A DNA stretch of 64,000 nt from an uncultured Bacteroidales bacterium (GCA_944326315.1 CALVDP010000003.1:3842-67841); one strand, 5' to 3'. Positions 1 through 11,069 are shown, numbered from the stretch's first letter. The notes: generated by a model not told the origin, from the letters alone. Numbers and translations: made by a program.

Positions 1-2
1 TG

Positions 3-635
3 AAAGAGACGGGATCCCCGACACTGAGCGCCATGATCATAGCGACAATCCCGCTTTTCTCCGTGGTGGCCGGGATGCTTTTCTTCAAGGAAAAAGTCAA
101 TCTGGTCAATATAATTGGCATAATCCTGTCCCTCTCGGGTATCTGTCTGGTAGTCATGAGCAAAGGCCAGGCCGGTGAGCACGTGATAATAGGGATCATA
201 CTTCTGGTAATAGCCGTGATAAGCGAAGTGGGGCATGCATCAGTAACGAAGAGCCTCTCAGCCAACTATAGCAGCCAGGTCATCGTGATGTACCAGTTCC
301 TTATAGGCTCTGTCTATCTGCTGCCCCTGTTCCTCACAAAGGGTCTGGACGGCTTCAGCATGGCATATCTCTCAGCCGATGTCATGTACCCGATAATCTG
401 CCTGGCTTTCCTGTGTTCCAGCCTGGCTTTCTCACTGTGGGTCAGCACGATCAAGAGCCTTGGAGTAGCCAAGTCTAGCATTTTCTCCGCACTTATACCG
501 GTGGTATCCGCCATCGCCGCCTGGCTTCTCGGACAGGAGGAGCTGAACGGAAGACAGGCCCTCGGGATAATAATATCCACAATAGGTGTAATCCTGTCAC
601 AGCATACGTTGAAGAAAGACAGAATCAAGGAATAA
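3..635 (+). CDS. DMT/EamA family transporter (5' truncated by window edge)
   Basis: Frame is open from base 3; hydrophobic helices with EamA-like pattern (IPVVSAIAAWLLGQEELNGRQALGIII). Confidence 0.8.
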   Translation, partial: KETGSPTLSAMIIATIPLFSVVAGMLFFKEKVNLVNIIGIILSLSGICLVVMSKGQAGEHVIIGIILLVIAVISEVGHASVTKSLSANYSSQVIVMYQFLIGSVYLLPLFLTKGLDGFSMAYLSADVMYPIICLAFLCSSLAFSLWVSTIKSLGVAKSSIFSALIPVVSAIAAWLLGQEELNGRQALGIIISTIGVILSQHTLKKDRIKE

Positions 636-644
636 AGCAGGAGA

Positions 645-2780
645 CTACAGCAGACGCAAGCCTATCCTGGAGCGCTCGGCATCCACGGAAATGACCTGGA
701 CCCTTACATGCTGATGCAGCTTGAGCACATCGGAAGGTGAAGACACCCTCTTGCCTCGTCCCATCTGGGAGACATGTATCAGGCCGTTCTGCTTGATTCC
801 GATATCGACAAATGCCCCGAACGCCGTAATGTTGGTAACAATGCCCGGGAGCTCCATTCCCTGTACCAGGTCGTCTATGCTTCTGATGTCCTCGGAAAAA
901 GCAAATTCCGAAGCACTTTCCCTCGGGTCACGTCCAGGCTTGACAAGTTCGTTGATTATATCATTCACTGTAGGGAGTCCGAAGTCAGCTTCTATGAAAT
1001 CTTCCGCATGTATTCTTGAGCACAGCCCTTCATTCGAGACCAGTTCCTCTGTCCTGACACCGAGACTGCCGGCCATCTTCTCCACGATATGATAGGCTTC
1101 AGGATGCACGGCGGAATTGTCAAGCGGATTGGATGCACCTGGAATTCTGAGAAAACCGGCACATTGCTCAAAAGCCTTGTCACCCAGCCTCCTGACTTTT
1201 TTCAACTCCTGCCTTGACCGGAAAGGTCCGTTCTCGTTCCTGTACTGTACGATATTGTCAGCCAGTGCGGGTCCGATACCGGAGACATAACTGAGAAGAT
1301 GACGGCTTGCCGTATTCAGGTTCACTCCGACACTGTTCACGCAGCTTTCCACGACATTGTCAAGCTTCTCCTTGAGCAGGCCCTGGTCCACATCATGCTG
1401 ATACTGCCCCACCCCCAGTGACTTGGGATCAATCTTGACAAGCTCCGCAAGCGGGTCCATCAGCCGTCTGCCGATAGACACTGCCCCGCGTACAGTCACA
1501 TCATAGTCAGGGAATTCCTCCCTTGCCGCCTCAGAGGCGGAATAAATGGAAGCACCATCCTCGCTTACAGAGAACACCCTGATATCCGACGGTTTAGGCA
1601 CTCTTCTGATAAATTCCTCCGTCTCTCGTCCGGCCGTGCCGTTACCTATCGCAATGACTTCCACAGCATATTTTTCAATCATATCCGAGACAGCCCGTAT
1701 TGACTTGACCTTCTCGCTGACAGGAGGATGAGGGAATATCGTCTCATAATGCAGGAGACTCCCCTGCCCGTCAAGGCAGACGACCTTGCAGCCGGTCCTG
1801 AAACCGGGATCTATGGCCATAACCCTTTTCTGTCCGACAGGAGGTGCCAGCAGAAGCTGGCGAAGGTTTTCCCCGAAGACCTTGATAGACTCGATATCCG
1901 CCTTCTCCTTGGCCTCCCTGATGACCTCGTTGGATATTGACGGCTCCAGAAGACGCCTGTATGCCTCGTCTATCGCAGAACGTATCTGTACGGCAAGGTC
2001 TTTTGGCGGATATTTCTTCTCGTGGCAGAAATCATAATAGAGCTTGTTGCCGCATTTCTCCGGATCGGCATCGACTTTAAGGTTCAGATACCCCTCTTCC
2101 TCTGCCCTCAATACCGCCAGGAGCCTGTGCGCTGCTATGTGAGACAGAGATTCCGAGAAGTTGAAATACCCCTTGTACTTGGCCGCCTCGGGAGAATCCG
2201 CCTTCCTTGTCGGCTTAGAAACAAGCCGCTTTGTCCTCAGCATCTGCCTGACAGTCTCACGCACGGATACCGTCTCGTTGATCTTCTCCGCAATAATGTC
2301 ACGTGCTCCGGACAAGGCATCCTCCGTGGATGCCACCTTGTCATTCACATACTTTGCGGCTTCTTTCTGAAGGTCGGATATGCGGAGGTCAAATATACCG
2401 TCAGCCAGCGGCTCCAGCCCTGCTTCACGGGCCACTGTCGCACGCGTGCGCCTCTTGGGCCTGAACGGCAGATAGAGATCCTCCAGCTCGCGGCTTTCCA
2501 CACATGATTCAATTGCAGACTCAAGCTCCGGTGTAAGCTTCCCTGCCTCAGATATCGTGGACAATATGGATTCCTTGCGTTTCTCCATCTCCGAGAATAC
2601 GTCTATCCAATGCCTCACCTCTGCCACTGCGACATCGTCAAGACCACCTGTCTTCTCCTTCCTGTAACGGCTTATGAACGGGACAGTCGCCCCCTCCTCA
2701 AACAGCTTTGCACAATTCTCGACCTGCCAGTCCCTGACAGAGAGCCTCTCCGCGATAGTCCTAATATACAAATCTTTCAT
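645..2780 (-). CDS. tex: Tex family RNA-binding transcription accessory protein
   Basis: GATVPFISRYRKEKTG, YqgF-like AIDPGFRTGCK, HhH and C-terminal S1 (NITAFGAFVDIG) motifs. Confidence 0.95.
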   Translation of the reverse strand: MKDLYIRTIAERLSVRDWQVENCAKLFEEGATVPFISRYRKEKTGGLDDVAVAEVRHWIDVFSEMEKRKESILSTISEAGKLTPELESAIESCVESRELEDLYLPFRPKRRTRATVAREAGLEPLADGIFDLRISDLQKEAAKYVNDKVASTEDALSGARDIIAEKINETVSVRETVRQMLRTKRLVSKPTRKADSPEAAKYKGYFNFSESLSHIAAHRLLAVLRAEEEGYLNLKVDADPEKCGNKLYYDFCHEKKYPPKDLAVQIRSAIDEAYRRLLEPSISNEVIREAKEKADIESIKVFGENLRQLLLAPPVGQKRVMAIDPGFRTGCKVVCLDGQGSLLHYETIFPHPPVSEKVKSIRAVSDMIEKYAVEVIAIGNGTAGRETEEFIRRVPKPSDIRVFSVSEDGASIYSASEAAREEFPDYDVTVRGAVSIGRRLMDPLAELVKIDPKSLGVGQYQHDVDQGLLKEKLDNVVESCVNSVGVNLNTASRHLLSYVSGIGPALADNIVQYRNENGPFRSRQELKKVRRLGDKAFEQCAGFLRIPGASNPLDNSAVHPEAYHIVEKMAGSLGVRTEELVSNEGLCSRIHAEDFIEADFGLPTVNDIINELVKPGRDPRESASEFAFSEDIRSIDDLVQGMELPGIVTNITAFGAFVDIGIKQNGLIHVSQMGRGKRVSSPSDVLKLHQHVRVQVISVDAERSRIGLRLL

Positions 2781-2872
2781 ATTATTATCAGTCAGATGTC
2801 ATTAATAATGTGTCAAAACAACAAAGGCCTCAGGCATGAAGCCAGGCAAATTTCCAGCGGCGGACAGGAATG

Positions 2873-4669
2873 TCAGTCATGCGAGACTTCCTTGAGCTGA
2901 TTCCTGTATGCCGAAAATATCTTCGACTTGGACACGAAACCAAGATAGGTCCTGTAATGGTCCACAACAGGAAGGTTCCATGCGTCGGTCTTCTCGAACT
3001 TCTTCATCACGCTGTCCATCTTCTCGTCAATATAGACATAGGCAGGAGAAGATTTCATGTAATTGTAGACATGCATCGTGTCGTACATGTCCTTCTTGAA
3101 CATGTCCTTCCTGATATCTTCCAGTGATACATAGCCCTGGAAATGCTTGCGGGCATCCAGTACGGGGAAAATGTTCCTTGTAGAATCAGACACGGCCTCC
3201 ACAAGCTCCCCGAGGGTGGCATCGATCTTCACCGGAGTGAAGTCCGTCTCTATCAGGTCGGATGTCTTCAGGAGGGTAAGCACGGCCTGGTCGCTGTCAT
3301 GTGTAAGCAGCTCCCCTTTCTTGGCTATACGTTTCGTATAGATGGAATACTGCTCCACTATCCTCGTGGCGCCGAATGATATCGTGGAAGTAAGTATCAG
3401 CGGCACAAGCAGGTCATAGCCTCCGGAAATCTCTGCTATGAGGAAGATGGCTGTCATCGGAGCCTGCATCACGCCTGCCATCAGCCCGGCCATCCCCACA
3501 AGGACAGAATTCTGCTCCGGCACTGACATCCCAGTCCCCGCAAGCACAAGATTGACAGTACGGGCCAGGACAAAGCCTGCGACAGCCCCGACAAAAAGTG
3601 TCGGTCCGAATGTTCCTCCCACACCTCCACCGGCATTGGTGAAAGACATGGAAAAGACCTTCAGAAGAAGAATCAGCAGGAAGAACAGAGGGACGGTCCA
3701 TGGCGTATCCATGAAAAATCCGAGGATGGTACGGTTCTCGAAAGTGATTTCCCCGCCGTTAAGCAGGACTGACAGGGAATCGTATCCTTCTCCATAGAGC
3801 GGTGGGAAAAGGAAGATAAGGAGTCCGAGGCACGCAGCCGAAATGAACCAGCGCTTGAAAGGCCCCTCCCACGACCTGATCCTGTCCTCAATCCACAGTG
3901 TTGTGCGCGTAAAATACACCGAGCACACGGCACAGAACAGGCCGAGCAGCATATAGAACGGGATGTTGCGCATCGTGAAGGGGGAAAGTGTACACTCGAA
4001 AGGAAGCGAATCCCCCAGGAACAGGTACGACACTACCGTGGCTGAAACAGTGGACAGCAGCAGCGGCAGTATCGAAGACATCGATATGTTGAACAGCAAT
4101 ATCTCAAGCGTGAAAAGCACTCCCGCAAGCGGAGCCTTGAAAATACCGGCGACAGCCCCTGCGGCACCGCATCCAAGAAGAATCGTGATGTTCTTGTACG
4201 AAAGGCCCATCTTCCTGCCGATATTGGACCCTATTGCGGCCCCCGTGTAAACTATAGGGGCCTCGGCACCCACGGAGCCTCCGAAACCTATGGTCACGGA
4301 ACTGGCCACAATGGATGACCACATGTTGTGCGGTCTGATCCTCGATTCATTCTTGGAGACTGCAAGCAGCACCTTGGTGACACCATGCCCGATATTGTCC
4401 TTTATCACATAGCGGACAAAAAGCATGGAAAGCAGCATTCCGATACCAGGATACAGCAGATACAGGAAGTTGTAGTCAAAATCTCCGTCAAACCAGGAAG
4501 TCAGTATATGGTGTATCCATTCGATGGAGACTTTCAGTACGACAGAAGCCAGGCCGCAGAAAACGCCTACAACAAGAGAAAGGACCATAACCTGGTCCTT
4601 TTCCGACATTTTCTGCAACAGACGTCTGATTGACGCATATACACGCTTTGTCTTCCTGTCTGTCCCCAA
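2873..4669 (-). CDS. ClC chloride channel family protein with C-terminal CBS pair
   Basis: GGSVGAEAP, GGVGGTFGPTLFVG, final Y-containing helix, CBS domains. Confidence 0.9.
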   Translation of the reverse strand: MGTDRKTKRVYASIRRLLQKMSEKDQVMVLSLVVGVFCGLASVVLKVSIEWIHHILTSWFDGDFDYNFLYLLYPGIGMLLSMLFVRYVIKDNIGHGVTKVLLAVSKNESRIRPHNMWSSIVASSVTIGFGGSVGAEAPIVYTGAAIGSNIGRKMGLSYKNITILLGCGAAGAVAGIFKAPLAGVLFTLEILLFNISMSSILPLLLSTVSATVVSYLFLGDSLPFECTLSPFTMRNIPFYMLLGLFCAVCSVYFTRTTLWIEDRIRSWEGPFKRWFISAACLGLLIFLFPPLYGEGYDSLSVLLNGGEITFENRTILGFFMDTPWTVPLFFLLILLLKVFSMSFTNAGGGVGGTFGPTLFVGAVAGFVLARTVNLVLAGTGMSVPEQNSVLVGMAGLMAGVMQAPMTAIFLIAEISGGYDLLVPLILTSTISFGATRIVEQYSIYTKRIAKKGELLTHDSDQAVLTLLKTSDLIETDFTPVKIDATLGELVEAVSDSTRNIFPVLDARKHFQGYVSLEDIRKDMFKKDMYDTMHVYNYMKSSPAYVYIDEKMDSVMKKFEKTDAWNLPVVDHYRTYLGFVSKSKIFSAYRNQLKEVSHD

Positions 4670-4697
4670 TGCGCTACAATATTATTTGGATAAGCCC

Positions 4698-5066
4698 CTA
4701 GTCCAGATCAGATTCCTGGACATCATCGTCAGGCGAGGCATATTGTGCAATATTGTCATCAGGAAGATCTCCTCCGTCCGAGCCGTTTCCTGATACTGTA
4801 TCATCGTCATCATCATCTCCGTCCAGCCACCGCTCGATATCCTCGGCATCGTCGGTCTTGACCTTGATCTTCACCAGATATATAGCTGAAGGTATCTCTA
4901 CCGTGACCGCATAGAAAGATGTCCCGTCCGGCTTGTCATACTTGAGCAGATCCGGAAGATAATCAGAGAATCCCTTAGGATACTTTTCCGCAAACGCTGC
5001 AGCCAACTCTTCCGACATGTTCTCATAACTTACGACAGCTCTCTTCTTCTGACTGCTCTTCTCCAT
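4698..5066 (-). CDS. Small hypothetical protein with strongly acidic C-terminal tail
   Basis: 122-aa ORF, AT-rich start context, D/E-rich tail (DGDDDDDDT). Confidence 0.75.
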   Translation of the reverse strand: MEKSSQKKRAVVSYENMSEELAAAFAEKYPKGFSDYLPDLLKYDKPDGTSFYAVTVEIPSAIYLVKIKVKTDDAEDIERWLDGDDDDDDTVSGNGSDGGDLPDDNIAQYASPDDDVQESDLD

Positions 5067-5140
5067 ATTTTCTTTCCTTGTTTTAAGATTCTTTTACGGT
5101 GCAATTATATAACATTATTTCGGATTGGGAAATATTTTTT

Positions 5141-6862
5141 TCACTTTTTTATGAAGAAAAATGATTTTTGTTTCCTTTTCTTCCCGATGTCTCTTTCGAC
5201 GAAAACTTCCTGCATCGTATGGGGGTCTATACCAGTATAGAACATCACTGAAGAGGTGGTCATCGGGGTCGGTGTGAAATCCTGTACCTGATCCGTACGG
5301 ATACCTTTCAGTGCCGGATTCTCCGACAGTTTCTTCATGTCAGCCATGGTGCATCCAGGATGTCCGGATATGAAATACGGGACAAGAACACAGTGCTTTC
5401 CCGTCTTGCGGACAAGTGCGTCGAATTCCTCTCTCAGGCGTACGAAAAGCGAGAACGGCGGCTTGGACATAAGCTTGAGCACCCTGCTTTCCGTATGCTC
5501 CGGAGCCACCTTCAAGATGCCGGAAGTGTGACTGGTGACAAGTTCGTTGAAATACGGCCTTGACGATCCGTCTACAAAGCCTTTCTCGTCCAGGAAGAGG
5601 TCATACCGTATGCCGCTGCCTATATAGAAATTACGTATTCCCCTGACACCTTTTATCCTGGAATAAAGCCCGAGCAGCCTGGCATGCGACCTGTCGAGAT
5701 TCCTGCACGGGGCCGGGAAAAGGCATGACTTGCGCCTGCACTTGCCGCACAGCTCCTGATCCCGGCCAGCCATACCATACATGTTGGCAGTAGGCGCCCC
5801 CACATCCGAGATATTGCCCGCGAAGCCGGGGACATTCTCCAGATTCCGAATTTCCTCAAGGATGGATTCCTCCGAACGGGACTGTATGAACTTGCCCTGG
5901 TGGGCCGCTATCGTGCAGAAATTGCATCCCCCGAAACATCCTCGGTGGGTGTTCACGGAGAACTTTATCATCTCATAGGCCGGGATATGCTTGTCCTTAT
6001 ACCTCGGATGAGGCCGCTTGGTGAACGGGAGATCCCAGAAAGAATCCATCTCGGCGGTAGTCGCCGGAGGATAAGGCGGGTTCACCTGGACATATCCGTC
6101 ACCGCACGGCTCTGCAATCACGGGAGGATGCATCATGTTGGCCGCGGTCTCTATCCGGTGAAAATTCTCCGCAAAAGCCCTCTTGTCCCTGAGGCACTGC
6201 TCGTAAGGATTGAGGATCAGAGCATCCTTTACCCGGCACCTGCCGCTCATGAAAAAGGCAAGCTGGGGGATTTTCCTGATATCGGATGCATTCCTTTCCG
6301 ACTCGATTGCCCTGGTCAGCTCCAGCATCGTACGCTCCCCCATCCCGTATGAAAGATAGTCTGCACCGCTTGACACCAGTACCGAAGGCATCAGGCAGTC
6401 TTTCCAGTAATCATAATGGGCAAGCCTCCGGAGTGACGCCTCTATGCCTCCTATGACCACAGGTATTTCCGGGAAAAACCTCTTGAGGATTTTCGTATAC
6501 ACCGTGACGGCATAATCGGGCCTTTGCCCCGCCTTGCCCAGAGGTGTATAAGCATCGTTGCTACGAAGCCTTCGTGAAGCAGTGTAGTGGTTGACCATGG
6601 AATCCATAGCCCCTGAGTTCACTCCGAAATACAGCCTCGGGGCCCCCAGTTTCCTGAAATCCCTCAGGTCATCCCTCCAGTTGGGCTGAGGCACCACCGC
6701 CACCCTGTATCCGTACTTCTGCAGATACCTCGCAATGACGGCCGTGCCGAAAGAAGGGTGGTCTATGAATGCGTCACCAGTGAAAAGTATGACGTCAATA
6801 TAGTCCCACCCCAAATTCTCGACCTCCTTCACGGAAGTCGGTATCATATAAGCTTCCGCCAT
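5141..6862 (-). CDS. ygiQ: YgiQ family radical SAM protein
   Basis: GDAFIDHPSFG N-terminus, HRGCFGGCNFC CxxxCxxC motif, QVQDFTPTPMT. Confidence 0.92.
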   Translation of the reverse strand: MAEAYMIPTSVKEVENLGWDYIDVILFTGDAFIDHPSFGTAVIARYLQKYGYRVAVVPQPNWRDDLRDFRKLGAPRLYFGVNSGAMDSMVNHYTASRRLRSNDAYTPLGKAGQRPDYAVTVYTKILKRFFPEIPVVIGGIEASLRRLAHYDYWKDCLMPSVLVSSGADYLSYGMGERTMLELTRAIESERNASDIRKIPQLAFFMSGRCRVKDALILNPYEQCLRDKRAFAENFHRIETAANMMHPPVIAEPCGDGYVQVNPPYPPATTAEMDSFWDLPFTKRPHPRYKDKHIPAYEMIKFSVNTHRGCFGGCNFCTIAAHQGKFIQSRSEESILEEIRNLENVPGFAGNISDVGAPTANMYGMAGRDQELCGKCRRKSCLFPAPCRNLDRSHARLLGLYSRIKGVRGIRNFYIGSGIRYDLFLDEKGFVDGSSRPYFNELVTSHTSGILKVAPEHTESRVLKLMSKPPFSLFVRLREEFDALVRKTGKHCVLVPYFISGHPGCTMADMKKLSENPALKGIRTDQVQDFTPTPMTTSSVMFYTGIDPHTMQEVFVERDIGKKRKQKSFFFIKK

Positions 6863-6868
6863 CGGATC

Positions 6869-8653
6869 CTACATTCGCTCTGGAAGCCCTATGCCAAGGA
6901 TATCCATCGCCTTCACCAGTATCCTTGCGATCACGGAAAGAAGAGTGACCCTGAACTGAAGCAATGACGGGTTCTCCTCCCTGAGCACCGGAGTGTCATG
7001 GTAGTACTGGTTGAACTCCTTGGCCAGGTCATAAGCGTAATTCGCGATTATGGCCGGAGAATGTGCCGCACCAGCTTCCGCGACCTTGTCAGGATACATG
7101 TCAATAAGCTTCACAAGCCGTATTTCCTTAGGAGACAGACCTGCATCCTCCGGAACACTGTCCGGCAATATGCCGCGGTCCTCCGCCTTTCTCAGTATGG
7201 ACTTGATTCTTGCATGGGTGTATTGTATGAAAGGTCCGGTATTTCCGTTGAAATCGATGGATTCCTTCGGGTCGAAAAGCATTGTCTTCTTCGGATCGAC
7301 CTTTATGATGAAATATTTGAGGGCTCCGAGGCTCAGCATGCGGAAGAGCTTGTCCTGCTCCGCCTCTGTCATGTCCTCAAGTTTGCCGAGCTCCAGTGAC
7401 GTCTCCCGTGCTGTGTTGTACATCTTCTCCAGCAGGTCATCGGCATCGACTACGGTACCTTCACGAGACTTCATCTTGCCTTCAGGAAGCTCCACCATGC
7501 CGTATGAAAGGTGGTAGATATTGTCCGCCCATGCAAAGCCGAGCTTTTTCAGTATCAGCTTGAGCACCTGGAAATGATAGTTCTGTTCATTCCCGACCAC
7601 ATAGATATGCTCGTCAAGGTTGTATTCTCCGAATCTCTGTTCAGCAGTACCCAGATCCTGGGTAATGTACACCGAAGTGCCGTCGCCTCTGAGCAGGAGT
7701 TTCCTGTCAAGTCCGTCGGCAGTAAGGTCGCACCATACAGAGTTGTCGGCTTCCTTCTCGAAGATACCCATGTCGAGACCTTTCTGTACAAGAGCCTTGC
7801 CGAGAAGATAAGTCTGTGATTCATAATATGTCCTATCAAAAGAAATACCGAGGTCGGCATAAGTCTTGGCAAAGCCGTCATATACCCAGGAATTCATCTT
7901 TTTCCACAAGTCTACGACTTCCTTGTCTCCGTTTTCCCATCTGAGGAGCATTTGCTGTGCCTCCTTCAGGACAGGGGCGTTTTTCTCGGCCTCTTCCCTG
8001 GACATCCCTCCTGCCACAAGTTCGTCGACTTCCTTCCTGTACATATCATTGAATGCGACATAGTAATCGCCGACAAGGTGGTCGCCTTTCTTTCCGGAAG
8101 ACTCAGGAGTCTCCCCGTTGCCCGTCTTCAGCCAGGCCAGCATGGACTTGCAGATGTGAATCCCCCTGTCATTGACAAGGTTGACCTTCAGCACCTTGTG
8201 TCCGTTAGCCTCAAGGAGCCTGGACACGGACCAGCCGAGAAGATTGTTGCGGATATGTCCCAGATGCAGAGGCTTGTTGGTGTTCGGAGAAGAAAACTCC
8301 ACCATTATGGTCTTCCCTGTCGGAGGAAGCTGTCCGAAACCTGCGTCAGAGGCGATGGAAGTGAACAGTCCTGCCCAATATGCATTGGCGAAAGACAGGT
8401 TGAGGAAACCTTTCACGACATTGAAAGACTCTATCTCGTCTGTATTCTCCTTCATCCACTCCCCGATAGCCTTGCCTGTGGCTTCAGGAGAAAGATGTGA
8501 AACCTTCAGAAGGGGAAACACCACAAGAGTGTAATCCCCTTCGAATTCCTTACGTGTCACCTGCACCTGGAAAGATGCGTCGGGCAATTCCGCCCCATAT
8601 AGTGCCGAGACTGCCGCCTTGGCTTTTTCTATGATGAATTTGTCTGGACTCAT
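6869..8653 (-). CDS. argS: Arginine--tRNA ligase
   Basis: EFSSPNTNKPLHLGHIRN (HIGH), GKMKSREG, GNTGPFIQYTHARI. Confidence 0.97.
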   Translation of the reverse strand: MSPDKFIIEKAKAAVSALYGAELPDASFQVQVTRKEFEGDYTLVVFPLLKVSHLSPEATGKAIGEWMKENTDEIESFNVVKGFLNLSFANAYWAGLFTSIASDAGFGQLPPTGKTIMVEFSSPNTNKPLHLGHIRNNLLGWSVSRLLEANGHKVLKVNLVNDRGIHICKSMLAWLKTGNGETPESSGKKGDHLVGDYYVAFNDMYRKEVDELVAGGMSREEAEKNAPVLKEAQQMLLRWENGDKEVVDLWKKMNSWVYDGFAKTYADLGISFDRTYYESQTYLLGKALVQKGLDMGIFEKEADNSVWCDLTADGLDRKLLLRGDGTSVYITQDLGTAEQRFGEYNLDEHIYVVGNEQNYHFQVLKLILKKLGFAWADNIYHLSYGMVELPEGKMKSREGTVVDADDLLEKMYNTARETSLELGKLEDMTEAEQDKLFRMLSLGALKYFIIKVDPKKTMLFDPKESIDFNGNTGPFIQYTHARIKSILRKAEDRGILPDSVPEDAGLSPKEIRLVKLIDMYPDKVAEAGAAHSPAIIANYAYDLAKEFNQYYHDTPVLREENPSLLQFRVTLLSVIARILVKAMDILGIGLPERM

Positions 8654-8689
8654 ATTGTTGAATTGTCGTCAGTTTAACGGATGACACCT

Positions 8690-9550
8690 CTATCCGAGGT
8701 AACTTTTGAGAAGCTTGCTTCTGGAATTGCTCCTGAGCCTGCGGATAGCCTTCTCCTTGATCTGCCGCACCCTCTCCCTTGTCAGGCCGAAACGCTCGCC
8801 TATTTCCTCAAGAGTCATCTCCTGGCAGCCGATACCGAAGAATGACTTGACTATCTCTCGCTCCCTCGGGGCAAGGGTCGACAATGCCCTCTCTATCTCC
8901 TTGTTCAGAGATTCATTCACGAGACCGCGGTCGGCGCTCGGCGAATCATTGTTAACAAGCACGTCAAGCAGGCTGTTGTCCTCACCTTCAACGAAGGGCG
9001 CATCTACAGACACATGGCGTCCGGACACTCTCAAGGTATCGGCGATCTTGTCCTTAGGGACATCTATCATCTCCGAAAGTTCCTCGGTAGAAGGCATCCT
9101 TTCATTCTCCTGCTCGAATTTGGACAGGGCCTTGTTAATCTTGTTCAAGGAACCTACCTGGTTCAGAGGAAGCCTGACGATACGCGACTGCTCCGCAAGA
9201 GCCTGGAGTATGGACTGTCTGATCCACCACACTGCATACGATATGAACTTGAAGCCTCTGGTCTCGTCGAACTTCTCCGCTGCCTTTATCAGTCCAAGGT
9301 TGCCTTCATTGATAAGGTCCGGGAGACTGAGGCCCTGATTCTGATACTGTTTCGCCACTGACACCACGAATCGCAGATTGGCCCTCGTAAGCTTTTCAAG
9401 GGCCGCCTGGTCGCCTTTGCGGATACGCTGTGCAAGCTCCACCTCATCCTCTACTGTAATAAGTTCTTCCCTTCCGATCTCCTGCAGGTACTTGTCAAGA
9501 GATGCGCTTTCACGGTTTGTGATTGATTTTGTAATTTTAAGCTGTCTCAT
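8690..9550 (-). CDS. rpoD: Primary sigma-70 factor, short Bacteroidetes type lacking region 1.1
   Basis: [45 protein letters not shown]. Confidence 0.95.
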   Translation of the reverse strand: MRQLKITKSITNRESASLDKYLQEIGREELITVEDEVELAQRIRKGDQAALEKLTRANLRFVVSVAKQYQNQGLSLPDLINEGNLGLIKAAEKFDETRGFKFISYAVWWIRQSILQALAEQSRIVRLPLNQVGSLNKINKALSKFEQENERMPSTEELSEMIDVPKDKIADTLRVSGRHVSVDAPFVEGEDNSLLDVLVNNDSPSADRGLVNESLNKEIERALSTLAPREREIVKSFFGIGCQEMTLEEIGERFGLTRERVRQIKEKAIRRLRSNSRSKLLKSYLG

Positions 9551-9563
9551 ATATAAACAAAAC

Positions 9564-9612
9564 GTCTTCCGACGGATCTTTGATTATCATTTTCCCGGAT
9601 CCGCCGGAAGAC
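9564..9612 (-). terminator. Inverted repeat between degP and rpoD, possible leaky terminator
   Basis: 15-bp arms gtcttccgacggatc / gatccgccggaagac (1 mismatch), followed on the minus strand by GTTTTGTTT. Confidence 0.5.
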
Positions 9613-9638
9613 CAGTTTAAAACCGTTTCTGACGGGTC

Positions 9639-11069
9639 CTATTCTACTCCGAAGCCGAAATATGAAGGCCTGCCGTATGAGGTGACACCCTCAATGAACA
9701 CTGCCCTACGTGACTTCTTCACGATGTTCATGACATCTTCAGGAGTGCTGACAGGCTGGTCATTGACATACAGTATGACAAAGCCCTCGGATACACCGGC
9801 ATCCATTATCTTGCCCGGGCCCACGGATACTATCTCCACGCCTCTTTCAAGTCCGAGAGACTGAAGCTTCTCCTTCTCGGCCTTCTTGATCCTGGATCCG
9901 TAGAATGCCACTCCGCCGTCCTTGTCTACAGAGCCGTTGTCCACCATCGTACTCTTGAACTCGACCTCCACGACTTTCTCCTTGCCGTCCCTTATTACGG
10001 TAAGCTCGGCCTTGTCACCAGGTCTGTAGTTGTTGACAGCCTCCTGGACTGCAGCGGTACTCTTCACCTTGGCGGAATCGATTGCGACGAGAACGTCACC
10101 GACCTTGATCCCCGCCTTGTCTGCAGCACTCCCTTTCTGAACTTCAGTAATATATACGCCGTCAAATGAAGAAAGTTTCAATTCTTCGACAATTTTGTCA
10201 TCAATAGGCGACATTGTGATGCCGAGAACTGCCCTCTTGACGCTTCCGAAGTCAATAAGATCCTCCGCCACTTTCTTGACCATATTGGAAGGTATGGCGA
10301 AAGAATAGCCGGTGTAAGACCCTGTCTGGGACACTATTGCCGTATTCACACCCACCAGATTGCCCTTCTTGTCCACAAGGGCGCCGCCACTGTTGCCCGG
10401 ATTGACGGCAGCATCAGTCTGTATGAACGATTCTATCTTGAACTCGCCTTTATAGTTCGGCATCATACGCCCCTTGGCGCTGACAATGCCGGCAGTGATA
10501 GTGGAGCGGAGGTCATACGGGCTGCCTATCGCGAGCACCCATTCTCCCAGCCTGAGCTTGTCCGAATCCCCGAAAGGAATGACAGGAAGCCCCTCTGCGT
10601 CTATCTTAATGATGGCGACATCGGTAGCAGGGTCGGTCCCGACAAGCTGCGCATCGAACGTCTTGTTGTTGTTCAGGGTCACCTGTATCTCGGTAGCCCC
10701 TTCCACTACATGGTTGTTCGTCACGATATAGCCGTCCGGACGGATGATCACGCCCGAACCGCTTCCGACTTTCTCTCGCTCCTGTGGGGCGCCCTCGTAT
10801 CCGAAGAAGAAGTCAAATATGGAGCCCGGTATGCCGGTAACGACATCCTTGGCGACCACTTTCACATATACCACCGCATCCACGGCGGATTCCGCAGCAT
10901 AAGTGAAGTCCGGATAATCAGAAAGTGACAAATTGACAGTACGGTACTGGCTGCCGTCAGATGTGACTACGGTCATCTTCTCCGAAGTATCGGCATTCTT
11001 CACCACCGCATAAGCTGTCAGTCCACCTACAATGGCTGACAGAAGAATGATTAAAATTCCCTTTTTCAT
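9639..11069 (-). CDS. degP: HtrA/DegP (Do family) serine protease with two PDZ domains
   Basis: TNNHVV, TDVA, GNSGGAL catalytic triad motifs; start set at MKKGILII (11069). Confidence 0.93.
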   Translation of the reverse strand: MKKGILIILLSAIVGGLTAYAVVKNADTSEKMTVVTSDGSQYRTVNLSLSDYPDFTYAAESAVDAVVYVKVVAKDVVTGIPGSIFDFFFGYEGAPQEREKVGSGSGVIIRPDGYIVTNNHVVEGATEIQVTLNNNKTFDAQLVGTDPATDVAIIKIDAEGLPVIPFGDSDKLRLGEWVLAIGSPYDLRSTITAGIVSAKGRMMPNYKGEFKIESFIQTDAAVNPGNSGGALVDKKGNLVGVNTAIVSQTGSYTGYSFAIPSNMVKKVAEDLIDFGSVKRAVLGITMSPIDDKIVEELKLSSFDGVYITEVQKGSAADKAGIKVGDVLVAIDSAKVKSTAAVQEAVNNYRPGDKAELTVIRDGKEKVVEVEFKSTMVDNGSVDKDGGVAFYGSRIKKAEKEKLQSLGLERGVEIVSVGPGKIMDAGVSEGFVILYVNDQPVSTPEDVMNIVKKSRRAVFIEGVTSYGRPSYFGFGVE

